Assembly: GCA_028534125.1 (NCBI GenBank) | Contig: CM052817.1 | Span: 106,580,001-106,644,000 of the forward strand | Length of the DNA stretch: 64,000 nucleotides | Source of the DNA: Lama glama | Lineage: Eukaryota | Direction: 5' to 3' | Shown here: positions 50,820-63,320 of the stretch, piece after piece | How positions within the stretch are numbered: position 1 is the stretch's first letter | Layout: every line of letters begins with the position of its first letter | Position numbers and translations under genes: made by a program | The notes under the pieces: model-generated | What the model was told of the DNA's origin: nothing | Database searches by the model: none | What the model saw: the letters and a program-made list of their open reading frames with translations, nothing else

Positions 50820-50990
50820 GGAACTAATTTACTGAGCAAATCACCTACGTCAGCAGCTCTCCTTCCAAGATGTATGGGATTTCAACAATCGTGTAGTATC
50901 ACTGTGTTCCCAAATAGCAGGATACAAGATAAGCACGCCATGTTAAGCGGAAGTTGAATGTTAAGAAAGTACGTGTTAGTTTAGTAATTC

Positions 50991-51104
50991 TTTTTTCTTT
51001 TTAATTGAAGTACCATCAGTTACAATATGTCAATTTCTGGTGCACAGCATACTGTCCCAGTCATGCATATACATACATATCATTGTTTTTATATTCTTTT
51101 TCAT
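50991..51104 (-). mobile_element. Short young L1 3' end
   Basis: TTTTTAATTGAAGTA..CAGTTACAAT..GTCAATTTCTGGTGCACAGCA. Confidence 0.8.
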
Positions 51105-52482
51105 CGAAAGTTGTTGTAAGATTTGCATATATAAACTCAGATAAGTGTTACTTTGTCTATTTTAGAGTTCACCTGTTGTCTTGCAATTATTTCTAGTATT
51201 TACATAAACCTTAAGTAGCACTCAGTAAAAATTTGTTAACAGAACCATCTAAATAGTTCTTGATGTTTCAGACAACATTAGCATTGCCTCAGTTTTATAA
51301 GTGAAATAAAATTTCAAAAAATCTTTATAAGAAATTCTGTCTTGATCAAATTGGATTATTTATGGTTATAATCTTCCTAGAATTGTGTGATACACATAAA
51401 ATAAACAGAAGGTATCTCTAAGTTTAACCCATACATATCCATCCTCACCACAGCCCAAAGATTCAAGGATTCCAATTTTTTAATTTACTCATATACCAAC
51501 TTTCAACCATGAAAATATTCTTCAAAAATGTATATCATCAGAAAAGATTGGGGAAAAAAATTATATTACAGGAAGGAGAAACACCAGTGAGTACACAAAA
51601 TTACTGAGTTTCTACTTGGGCACCAATGTGGACTGAAGCTTCTAGAGACGGAAAAGTAGGTCCATCAAGCAGCACAAGTCCTTCGGGGGGTTATCAGGTA
51701 CCGTGTCACTGATACAGCATCATGCAGTGTAGGAAGCAGAAGGGATGCACAACATACTAACCAGCTGTGAGGCTTCCACTGCTCAGCGATGCTACATCTG
51801 GCCTGTTAGGCAGTTTCATGGGCATCATCAATAAACTATAATCAGCATGTAATGATCCGACAAGATCCCCAACAAAAAGAGCCTGGAAGCCAGCCAGGCC
51901 ATCAACACTGACAGTTCACTGCGATTGAGTCCTCTTGAGCTGGACGTGTTTAGAAAATGGAAGATAACTAGGAATACAAAGAGCAACTTTCGGGGAGGAA
52001 AACCTGGAGACAGACCAGCAGGAAATGAAGGAAATATGCCCTAATGGTGAGCTGAACCCCTTAAACAAGGCTGGAGCAGCCAGCCAGACTGCCGTTTTAG
52101 GCAATTCAGTAAGTTCTTGTTTCTAGTCCATGCAAAGCAGGTATCTATCAATATGTAAAATAGTCTTATGACTCACACATCAAGTATCATAACCATTTGC
52201 TGGATGTAAGTATACAACTAAAAATGATGGCTAAAATATTCATAGATTAGTCTGTTTAGGATTCAAGGATGTAAAATATTCCCTCACTTTTCACTATTGA
52301 TAATCATGATCAGTTTTGGCTATATGCACATTCCCAAAATATTTCCAAGCATTTTAGTCAAACACGGATTGAAACGCTTCATTCTCTTGTTTATCAAGGA
52401 ACAAATGTGAATTTATAAATGACAAAAAAGGCAATACCAGCTTTACTGAGAAGTGGAATTCTAAAGGTTAAAATCAGGAAAC

Positions 52483-52642
52483 GGGGAGGAGGATATAGCT
52501 CAAGCGGTAGAGCTCATGCTTAGCATGCACGAGGTCCTGGGTTCAATCCCCTGTACCTCCTCTAAAAGTAAATACACAGATAAACCTAATAACCTCCCCC
52601 TGCCAAAAAAAATTAAAAATTTTTTTTAAATTAAATAAAAAG
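52483..52642 (+). mobile_element. tRNA-Ala-derived SINE (camelid vic-1-like)
   Basis: TAGCTCAAGCGGTAGAGC..GCTTAGCATGCACGAGGTCCTGGGTTCAATCCC; TSD AAATC(A/C)GGAAA at 52471 and 52643. Confidence 0.92.
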
Positions 52643-52744
52643 AAATCCGGAAAAACAAACAAACGAATTCTTTCTACACAGTGTCTCTGTGGAGAAGACT
52701 CTCTGGTTGAAACTGGGGCTCATCCCATGATTTCTAGTCTCTCT

Positions 52745-52796
52745 CTTTTTTTTTTTTGAATTTATCGTTTATCTATTTTATGTATATCAGTTAGTA
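52745..52796 (-). mobile_element. 52-nt L1 3'UTR micro-insertion
   Basis: Minus strand TACTAACTGATATACATAAAATAGATAAAC... plus poly(A); 12-bp TSD TCTAGTCTCTCT at 52733 and 52797. Confidence 0.75.
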
Positions 52797-53809
52797 TCTA
52801 GTCTCTCTTTGACAAAAAAAAAAATCCTTTAATTACTCTTAGACACAAAATAGTCGTTGTTCTCTAATACAAATACCCAGCATCTGTCTGAATATCTGAC
52901 AAGCTTCTCTTCATTTGGCCTAGACCTGTGAATCCATTGGAAGGGGAGAGTTGGGGAGACTCTCTGTCTTGGGCCCTTCCAGGGTTTTAGTGGGAATTAG
53001 GTGGGGAATGAAGTTCAGAAAAGTCCTCTCCTCGTCAGTGCCGTTGACCCAACCTCACAGTGCTTTCTACTATTTTTAAATGTGATTAAAGAATCACATT
53101 TTTAATGTGATTCTTGATCTCCGGTTAACTTGGAAACCTTGCATTCCTTCCCCCTACCTTTCCCTCCTCCTCCCCACCCCTCTGCATCTTCGGGCATCTG
53201 TCACCTGCAATTCCCTTAAAGTAAGGAAATCTTTTCTCTCACCATCAATTTATGACTCCCCCTTTGTCCTCTCCTACTATGTGACCTGCAGCCTCCTTGA
53301 ATTTGCTGTATTCACCATTCTCTTTTCAGCCAAATTTCTTGTCATAGTGCCAGGCCAGCTTTCTCTTCCAAGAGATCTCTGAGCCAAGGAAAATCACTAG
53401 CCTTTGTCTCCAGAAATTCGGGAGTGAGGACAGTCCATTCTCAAGGAAGACATATCTCACTCATCCAGCAGAGCAGCTAACAAGCCACCATTTAGCTTCT
53501 GTACCCAACAGACTCCACTGGAAACATCCAAAGCTCCTGATCTCCAGACTTGAGCCAGTGGGGAGCACAAACCTATCCCTGCACCGTGATGAGGTTTGAC
53601 TCAGCACAGCCACAACTCTCTCCAAAGAAATTCTTCTTGGCCACTCTTGGTCCCCTAGTCCATTTTATGGTCTGGTAACTAAGGACCACAAACTATTCTT
53701 AGCCATTTCCTTTGCAAGCTGTTCTCAAGTGACTTAGAAAACTTCCATTTGGAATGTGTGGGTGGTGGCCTCTCTTATCCAGGGCCTCTCTTAGTTTACT
53801 TTACTTGTG

Positions 53810-54257
53810 ATGAGCATCCGAGGGCACATGGAGCATGTTTTATTTGGGAGGTGATCGCAGAAATGCCAGTGAAGAAGTGAGGCTGAGGAAGAAAGGAAGC
53901 CAATAAGGCAGGTTTCTGCTGTGGGCACCCTAGATGCAGTCCTGCAAGGGAGCTCTGGGAGTCAGTGTAGAAATGTGCCTCGGATTTATCCCCACCGAGC
54001 ACCCGGGAAACTAGGATGCTCACACAACCGTGTTCATCAGTCACTGGCTGAAGGTCTGTTCTCAGAGGAGGGGAGTGGGGAAGTCAGGGTTAACTTTCCA
54101 GCTATTTTGGCATAGAATGTCATGTGAGAGGGTAAAGCAGCCTCTGACCACAGAGAACTTGCCCAAAGAGAATACAAGTGCTGTCACTTGGAATTTGGAT
54201 GGGTGGTCCTGAAACAGAAGGAGCTGGGTACTTATGGACCAAACAGCAGCTGCTACA
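53810..54257 (-). mobile_element. LTR33-like ERVL LTR
   Basis: TTTATTTGGGAGGTGATC...GGAAGCCAATAA...CTGTGGGCA...CAGTGTAGAA..GCCTC..TTATCCC...CATCAGTCACTGGCTGA. Confidence 0.7.
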
Positions 54258-54653
54258 GGGCCCGGTGACCCAAGGCAGAACGAGCACACTATTAAACTGA
54301 CAAATGATAATACTGAAACAGAAATCAGGTTCTTCAAAGAAGACTGTCAAACACAATTGCGTTCCTTTCATGATGTCAGTAACACCTGCACTGAGCAGAA
54401 CCCTTACAGGCTTCTGACCAGGATCTGCTCTCAAACGGACACATCTGTCATCAGAGTTCTGCTGGGAAACTTGAAGCCAGAAAGCTGAAAGGGAAAATCT
54501 CTTGTTATTCCCTCTCTCAAATTCTCCTCTAATGCAGTCTCTGCAGACAGTCTCTCTGGTTTACACATTCTTTTGCAATGTCATCTACGTTTCATCACAA
54601 TTCTCTTTTAACCTCCTTGCTGCAGCTGAAATCTGGCCCTCCCCCAGTGACAG

Positions 54654-55102
54654 TGTAATGGAGAAGAACAGATCTGACTCCATATCAGAGCTGTTTCTTT
54701 GGCTCTAACCCTGCGCTCTGTTTCCTGGGCTCCATCATGCTGGTTCTGCACCTTTTGTAGAAGAATGTTGCCTAAAGCCTGAAATAGACAGGAGAGCCCA
54801 TCCTCAAGGCTCTGACCTTTAAGGGGGTAACACTTTCCCATTCATATAAGGATAAAAAGTTGCAGAACAGGAACACCATGACCTGGCTCACATGGAACAA
54901 AGGATTCCAGCACCAAGAAGTTTGCAACAACCAGCCATACAGCTCCTCCCCTTTTAGTATAAAAGGAGCCTGAATTCTGACTTGGGGAAGATCTCCATCT
55001 GCTGGCTTTCTGAATAAAGCCACTGTTCCTTGCCCCAACACCTCATCTCCCAATTTATTGGCCTATCCCGCAGTGAGCAGAGCAAGCTTGCACTCAGTAA
55101 CA
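54654..55102 (+). mobile_element. Complete ERV1-type solo LTR
   Basis: TGTAA...GTAACA termini, TATAAAA at 54958, AATAAA at 55013; TSD not clean. Confidence 0.8.
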
Positions 55103-55789
55103 ATAAGACATCCTCTCCTGCCCTATCTACATTGTGATCTTAACTCCTACCTGCAGATCACTGCTACAACCCCTTTTACTTAAAAGTCTTTTCTCGTCCT
55201 CTACCTTCCATAGTCTCTTCCAATTGGTCAGCTTTCAAATCTCATGAAGAATGTTGGCACATGGTTCACAACCCATGTAAATATCATGAGCAATGTCAGT
55301 TTCTCAGGGTCCTTGAATGCCCGAAACTGGCACTCACTTCCTTTCTCTCAAAACTGTCATGCCAATCTGCTAGCACTCAGAATCACTCCACCTCTGAAAT
55401 CTTACTTATACCTTTCTCTCTAATTATAATCCCTATTATTCCAATTTTTTTAGTCTTCATCCCCTCTCATGTCCTGTTCTTCATGGGTTCTTTAACTTGT
55501 CATTTTCTCCTAATCTACAAACTCTGTGTGTCTTCACTTTCTTCCCACTTAAACTAACGTTTTTGTCAACACCTCAATTCCCTTGCCTGGTGTAACACTC
55601 ACCATGTAACCCCCTGACCCTAGATGGATCTTCCTTTTGGACTTCTATATCAGAGCTGCTTAAAATTGCTAAACTAAGAAGAAAGAGGAGAAGGAGAAAG
55701 AGAAGGAAGAAGACAAGAAGGAAGAGGAGAGAAAAAAAATTTAAATTTAATTCAATATTCAATCCTCCACCCCCACCTTTCCTCCAATA

Positions 55790-55972
55790 TCTGTAACTAC
55801 TATACATAAAATAGATGAACAACAAGGTCCAACTGTACAGCACAGGGAACTACATTCACTACCTTGTAATAGCCTAAAAATAAATATATTTATATTTTTT
55901 AATGAATCACTACACAGTATACTCAGAAATTTAACACAGCATTGTAAATCGACTATACTTTAATAAAAAAAA
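55790..55972 (+). mobile_element. L1 3' end
   Basis: ACATAAAATAGATGAACAACAAGG..CAGCACAGGGAAC...TGTAAATCGACTATACTTTAATAAAA. Confidence 0.85.
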
Positions 55973-58900
55973 TCATACATCACACAAAGTGATGATTGGA
56001 CACCTGCATTAAAAGAATATATGTAAAGGTAATTCTACTTTTTCAACTTCATCCTTCTAATGCTCTAGAATTACACTGGATTCATTCAACACACATCTCT
56101 CTGTTGGACATTGTACAGGACACTTTTGATTCATCCAACACATCATTCATCCAACACATGCATGAACAAGTGCTTCCAGTTATTTGGTCTTTAATTATTT
56201 ATTATCCAACATTTTACTTGGCTGCTTTGGATGTGCATGTCCTGTCTCAAGAATCAGGTCAAAAATAAGGAGGACAGCTTGTACCAGAATATCCTTGCTA
56301 GTGCCTAATGCAGCCCAAATTTCCCACTCCTATAGATAATTTTCTCCCAACATACACTTTGCTGACCGATCTTAAAGAAAAATTTCTCTCCTCTAAGAAC
56401 CTTTTCTTGTACTCTGTATTCTGTTACAATTTTGAGTTTCTTATATTTGGAAAAAAGGTTTCAAAGCAATTTTCTTGCATACATTAAGTCTAACCATGGA
56501 ACACTAAAATATCATGTGCACTCTATTTTGTTAGTGGCAGAAATAATAATAATTATTATTTACTTTAAAAAAAATCAGAGACCAAAATCATAGTATTTCA
56601 AACTCTACACATCAATCAAATTTAAATAAACGTAAATTGTCAAATTTTAGGATGAGAATCTTTTGTATTTTGTTTTCATTTATTTTAAATTTATCAGTAG
56701 AGAAGGGACACAGTTTAGGAAGGCTCTTATAGCTGTTTTTCTTTTTTCTTTTTTTTTTTTTGAAGCAGAAATGAAATTTCAGAGGCAGATGCCACAAGCA
56801 AGAGTAAATATGGGAAGTAATAAAAGCCTAATTATTGTGGGCGTGGCATCAAAATACAGGTCTAGCTGCACTAAATACTTGGGGGAAACTGTTAGTGATA
56901 GGTTGAATATGAAATGTGAAGGAAAAGGACTTCAAAGTTAACTTTAAAAATTTTGAGGCCATGATTAATATCATTCCATCATTAATATAAAAAGGAATGA
57001 CTCTCAAATCAGAATCTTTGTATGGGGAAGAATAACTCCAGTTTTAAATTTGTTAAGTCAAACTAGTGATTCACTATCTTCTAGAATGAGGAAATAGAGA
57101 AATGGGGCCAGAGCTTTCTTAGCAAATCAAAGCCAGAATATTAAATGCGTATCTTCATCATTGGGGCAAAAGTTGCAACTACGGTAAGGAAAAAGTCAGT
57201 GGAGAGAAGAAAGATATTAATACATCATTATAGCAAAATATTATCATGTTCTTATTTAGGCCAGTATCTCTTTGGGTAGGATGGAGCAGAGGGGTTTACA
57301 GTCAGCACAAGGACTAAGAAGGGCCCCAATTCTTCAATCAAATTACTAAAAACATCAAATAGAATCTCTTAAAGACCCCTGCTGGTAAGAGTTTGGTGAA
57401 TGCTAGGAATATTCAATAGAGTTTATTTTTTCTCCTGCAATGGGAAAAGTTTTCATTTCTGCCAATGCTTTTTGCAGCCTTATGGATGCTCCATTCTGCT
57501 TTTTGACCTGATCGTTCTGTGCTTACCTACCTGACTGTGTTCTTTCCTTCTCCTCGGTGGGTTAAAGTGTAACATGCCCAAAATGCTGGAAGTCACAGTA
57601 ACATGAAAAGATGGGAGAACTTGGTAACGCACAGGCAGAGGAAGCAAAGCATAGCTAACACCAGGAGAGCCACAAGGGAGCGCATCAGACACCGAAAAAG
57701 AAACCAGCGTTTTCAGTACCCATCACACGCTGTACGTCCTCATTTCTACTTATGATGCTTTTTACCCGACAGCCCCTGGGAGCTCTTGGAGAGCCGCTGT
57801 GATTTCTCAAATAAATATGTATTTCGGTTTGTATGCTTATCTCGAGAACTCATTTTAATTACCCGGTGGACATTAACAGTGTCTTCCCAGCTGTTACTTT
57901 CTATTATGTCCTGCAAATGAGCCTTTTGGCTCTTTTTAAAAACGCATCTTTGACCCGATGATGATGACGATGCTCAAGCAGCGTGGCAACAGACAGTGTA
58001 AATTCCCCGCCATTGGGAAATGATATAGACAGCTTTTCCAAAAATTACCCTGGCCTATGACTTCTGCACATGAACACACATCATGTTTAAGATTTCCATG
58101 AATTATGTTCTTAAAGCATTCCAAATAAAACCCATGTAGACTTGATGAGAATCCTTCTATGCACACTTTGAATGCATATAATAAGATGCTTATTAGTTAA
58201 CAAATATTTTAGGTCACTGAAAGGGACAAGAATGGAAAAACAAAGATTTAATTGCAAACTACTTTTCTGTTTAATGATTCACATCATGGTATTTTACTCC
58301 TTTGGCTATGGGTAGCACATTCTTATTGAATAACACAAATTGTATTCCTCTTTGATTTCAAAGATCTAATGATTCATCTGGACCATCAAATTGGAAACAC
58401 TTTCATCAATATAGGAATAAATGCAAGTATGTGACAAATTATATTGTGACATAGTCATAAGTATAACTAAAAAGATGGCTTTCTTGTAATTCAATTGCTT
58501 TTACAAATCCTTTTTCTTCAGACAACTGAAAAGAAATTTGGCATTGGTCAGTTCCTTCCTTCAAAGCCATTTTTTCTTGAGAAACCTCAAAAAGAATTTT
58601 AAGAAAACTCTGATTATTCCATTAGACTTCTTTTCCCTTCCAAGATTGTATTTCTAAAACACAGAAGTCCACCTGAGAATACTTTTTTTTTTCATTTTAT
58701 AACAAATAGAAATTTATCTTGCAACTCCGTACAGAAACCGGAGAGAAAATCAATGATCACTTTGACAAGAACAATGCTACTTGCTTCTGAGCAGGTCACC
58801 TAGCTCCTGGTGACCTGTTCTCCCAGGATAGTTTATTTAGAAAATCAGGCCAGTCACCCCTGAGCCTGTTCAATCCTATGGTTCCAGTCACTCAAAGTAC

Positions 58901-59104
58901 ACAAGAAACTTTAAACGTCAGAATTACTGGAAAGCTATTTCTCAGTGCACCTATTTCATGAGTAAGAATCATTATATTCATCTGGTACAAAGAGAGTCAG
59001 TTGCCATGACCACTTCCCATTTAGATCTGTCCGTTAAGACTGAAGGAGTCAATGGAGTGAGGCCCATTATCCTTGCTTGGGAGATGAGAGGCTATAGGAT
59101 ACTT

Positions 59105-59350
59105 TTTGAGAACATGGTCTTTTAAGCCAGACTAATGGCATTTTGAATCCTGCTTCCATCACTTACTGACTTTGCATCTTTGTATTCTTGGATATTTGAC
59201 TGAAGTCTCGAATTACAATTTCCCCACTTGAAAAGTGCAGTTAACAATACCAAAAAGGATGCTGCTGTTCGTTTATTTAAATGACACTTACAAACCCTTT
59301 AGTATAGTGCCTGATACACGGTTTGAATTATATTTGTTGCTATTATTATA
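59105..59350 (+). mobile_element. MIR SINE
   Basis: TTTGAATCCTGCTTCCATCACTTACT...TTTCCCCACTTGAAAA...TAGTGCCTGATACAC. Confidence 0.6.
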
Positions 59351-59913
59351 GTTAGTCACTTCATTTAGAGAAAGAACCTATCTATTTATATTCAAAAATC
59401 TTCAAGGCTACTGTTAAAACTTGAATCCATAATGGCCATGATGCTATAATTATCTGTTACATTTTTGAAACATTCACAGCCTCAATCTAGAGCTCTAAAA
59501 GAGCTTTGAAGTTTCTATTGACTTAAAGGGAAAAAAAAAAAAGTAGAGGCAATATTTGTGATTCGGGAGAAGAGCTCAGAGTATCAGAAGTCGGTAAAGC
59601 AAAGGTTGGGATTACCTTCTCCAGGTATATTGATTCTGTGGTTGTTCATTACAGTGCCAAAGCTGCCTGTTTAAGAACCCACATCATGTACTTAATCCTC
59701 GGCAGACACTTCATTTCTGACAAGGGGAAGAAAAGTATGCAAGGCTTGAGTTCTCTCCCCTGGAAGTTCTTTTCTTCTTTTTTTTTTTTCCCCTCTCTCT
59801 TCCAAAGTTATTTCCAGCTATAATATAAAACTTGTGAACGGGTTGCTTCTTAGTAGATCTATGTCATTATAGCAAGAGATAATAGGCAGGTAGTCAGAAG
59901 GGAGGAAGAGGAA

Positions 59914-60105
59914 TTACCACATGCGAGTCCTGCTCTGAGCGCTTTGCCTGTAATGACTCACACAGTCCTCATGACAACCCTATGAAACAGCCACTACTGT
60001 TACTCGTATTTTATAGAGGAGAGAACACAGACACAGGACATTTAAGTAACTCCCCAAGGTAGTGGCTCATAAATGACAAACTCAGGCAGCGTGGCCCCAA
60101 AGCAT
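59914..60105 (-). mobile_element. MIR SINE
   Basis: TCCTCATGACAACCCTATGA...ATTTTATAGAGGAGA...TAAGTAACTCCCCAAGGT. Confidence 0.7.
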
Positions 60106-60183
60106 TTACACAGGACACTGCACTGTCTCCGTGAGGAAGAAAAAGATAACAACTAATTTCATACAGTATTGATTTATGTTCAC

Positions 60184-60368
60184 TTTTATTTTTTATTGAA
60201 GTATAGTCAATTTACAATCTTCTGTGAATTTCAAGTGTACATAGTGATTGTTACATACACATATATATATTCCTTTTCATATTCTTTTTCAATATAGGCT
60301 ATTACAAGGTATTGAATATAGTTCCCTGTGCTCTGCAGTAGGACCTTGTAGTTCGTCTATCTTATATA
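60184..60368 (-). mobile_element. L1 3' end
   Basis: TTATTGAAGTATAGTCAATTTACAAT...TTGAATATAGTTCCCTGTGCT. Confidence 0.88.
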
Positions 60369-61550
60369 ACACATTTTTTTCTTCATTTTGCCTTGTAAAT
60401 GACAGGAAATCCATTTAATAGATGGTATCATTGAGAACAGATAAATTAAATGACTGATTCATGATCTCAGTGCTCTTTAGAGAGGAAGGCTGAATGACAA
60501 CCCAGGGGTTCTTTCTCTGAAAGCTCCTCTTTTTCTTCCAAACCAGAGCCCAGTAGCTGCAGGCTGGAGTGGCAATGATTCTACAAACTGCTTTGGGAAC
60601 TACATTTTCCCTGAAATGAACAGAATCATTTACTTTTATAAATGAACAACATTTTGAAAGGGCTAGCGTTTAAACTACACCAAAAGGCACACCTTGAAAT
60701 AAGAAATCTAGATACTGTAATTGCTTGAGTAATACTGAAACAATTTCACTGAATCTGGATAGAGAATATCAAGATAGAAAAACAGGAATGTGCATTTTGA
60801 AATAACCATTTACAGGGGCAACTCATCAAGAAAAAAAAATGGTCTAATTTGTTTCAGTCTTACAAAAGTACAGCTATTGTAACTTTAAAAAAAGAGCGAG
60901 CGGTGCCCCCCACTGCTTGCATCCTGTTACTTTGGCAGCAGCTGCTGTCCGGGGGTTCTGAAGGGAGAGGGTTTGTAGGACCATGTCCCGTGCCATGATC
61001 TCCTCCTTATTCACTTATGCAAATTACCTCCAGAAGGGATCTGATTAAGTCCTTAAGGTCTTAAGTGTGTATCAGTGCCAGGGATGTGCTTAGAGTTACT
61101 CGGCTCATGGGAGGACCCTGACCACCTCTGGCCCCACTGGAGGAGGGCCCCAAGCAGTAAGTAGGGAACTCCCTCCTCAGCTCTTTCTGAGCCCCTCTGT
61201 TGGATACCTAAACTGACCTCATTGGGCAAGTTTAGCCACCGTCGGGGGCTAAAGAGAAGACCAAAGATTCCCCTCAGCATCAAAAACACGTAATTTCTCT
61301 AGAGTCGTCCAAGGATGCCCCACAGCTCCTGCCGGCACTTCCCAAGACCCGCCGGCAAAATGCCCATGGAGCCCTCAAACTCTTGCAAACACACTGCAAG
61401 CAACCCTCCAGAATCCCCCCCATGGACTCCTCCAGCACCTCACAAAGGTGCCCACTGGGAAAGTCAGATTTTGGGCTCTTCCAGAATGACCTTTATGCTT
61501 AACCGGCTCATCAGAAGATCGAGGTGATCTGGAGAGAGCTGAGCTGCAGG

Positions 61551-61996
61551 TGTCAGAGTAGCCAATGAAAGACAATGAGCCAAAATCAAAGTATCCTTGA
61601 AGCCTTTAATCACATGTTGCGATATAACCAGAGAAAGCACTGTTCCATTTTCCCCCAGGAGATAACACATCAGTCAAGGGTCAAGTGGATCAGCACAGAA
61701 GTAGGGACTGTCTCTCTGTTGAGGAGTCAACAAAAGATTCCTGCAGTTTTGTGGACCCAGAGGCAGGAGGGAAAGGGGCAGGGGAAAGGCAAGTGTGGAA
61801 AAGTACTGGTTACTGAGTAAGAGTAAAGCATCTTCAAGTTTCTCCAAAAACGAGAGGTCTTGGGAGAAGAAGGCACAAGGAACAAGAGATGGTCAGTGGG
61901 GGCCCTGAGTCCTTGGTGCACCGGTTGAGCACTAAGTCTGGTGTGGGGAGGGCAGCTTCCCCTCTGAGCCTGCCAGATTGGGATGGAAAAATCACA
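61551..61996 (-). mobile_element. Possible ancient LTR (family unresolved)
   Basis: TG...CA termini, antisense ATTAAA ~55 nt from one end, GC-richer than flanks; no TSD. Confidence 0.3.
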
Positions 61997-62126
61997 CGTA
62001 GATTTCCTGGTCAGTAATGTGACTCTTCAATATGGTTGGCTAAGAAATTGAACTTATATTCTGTAGGTGCTAGGAGATCAAAGGTTTTCAAGATGGGACA
62101 TACCGTGGGCTGTTTAATTTTGTCTT

Positions 62127-62230
62127 CTTTTTTTTTTTTACTGTATTATAATATTTAATTGTCTAGTTTTTTTTTAATTGTACTATAGTCAGTTTACAAT
62201 GCCATCTTGATTTCTTGTGTACCACATATG
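62127..62230 (-). mobile_element. Short L1 3' end with a 27-nt 3' transduction
   Basis: L1 terminus CATTGTAAACTGACTATAG + A9 + unique 27 nt + A12; TSD ATTTTGTCTT at 62117-62126 and 62231-62240. Confidence 0.75.
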
Positions 62231-62791
62231 ATTTTGTCTTTCTTAGTTGGAATGATGGAACGTTAGATGACGTGGAGAAAAACAGGCAAAAGAAGAACTT
62301 TGCAATGATCCAAATTTGATTCTGAATGATGACTGGGATGCAAGGATATAGAGAAGTCTTAGGTAAACAACTGAGGAGTGAACTCCAGTAAGAATTGTTG
62401 AATAATTGGATATGGAAGATAAAAAAGAGTGAATAAATAATTGTCAGTAGCAAACATCTCAGCTTAGGATGTAGGGCACTGGGACTCTAGATAAAGTGCG
62501 GAATGTAAGGAGACCAACCAGTTGAGAGAAAAATGTCTAATTAGGTCGAAGTTAGTCTAATGATGTCTAGTTATTTTGACCACAAGCTAAATACTCTATG
62601 GCCTAGAGTTTTAATGAGAGTTGCAATGTATAAATGACCTGGAATGAGCATAAAGATGTTCACTGATTACGCCATTTATCCACATATCTGGGTAAAAAAT
62701 AATTGCATGCCATTCTTTTCTGAATATTTAGGAAAATCTGATTTTCAACTTGAGTTTTACAAAAAGTCGCATAATTCTTTATTTTTGCTAT

Positions 62792-63320
62792 CGTTGTGGT
62801 TCAGGGCGGGCAGCCCCAGATATGCCCCCAAATCATACTGATGATTCTGAATTAACATTACATAAGAAATGGCCAATAGAAGAGGGACACTCTGTCCTCC
62901 TTTGGGCCTTCTCGAAAGCAGGAAGCAAATCTCCCCGAGAAAGGTGCATTCTCTGCATCTGGAGGGAGCAAGATACTCTCCACACCAGAGGTAGTGAATT
63001 TGGGTGGAGAAGCCTATAAAAAAAATATATTTCTTTTTAAATTTACTACCCCATGCCCAAACTCTGTTTAGATCCTTTACCACTTAGAAAACCTAACTTT
63101 CTTGGTCCTGCCAATTCCTCACCAATATCTTGTTTCTGCGTCTAAAAAGTATACAAGCTGCCTGCTTTGGCTACTTCTTAGGTCCCATTTCTACAAGACC
63201 CCCGTAAGCATGAATTAAAATTGTTCTTTTCCTCCCATGAATCTCTCTTGTGTCAACTGTATTCTTATTTCAGCCACAAGAACTCGAGAGGGTAACAGGG
63301 AACATTTCCCTCTCCCCACA
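62792..63320 (+). mobile_element. MER34/MER39-group ERV1 solo LTR
   Basis: GGTTCAG..CCCCAGATATG start, ATTAAA, GAGGG..TTTCCCTCTCCCCACA end; 4-bp TSD CTAT at 62788-62791 and 63321-63324. Confidence 0.8.

Noticed and set aside
52488..52561. Apparent tRNA-Ala(AGC) gene
   Set aside because: Bulge in the acceptor stem, mismatches in anticodon and T stems, SINE tail and TSD; three related copies in the window, so it is a SINE
55758..55790. Possible 5' inversion (twin priming) of the L1 at 55790
   Set aside because: Reverse complement only loosely resembles the G-rich L1 3'UTR tract and no convincing TSD was found
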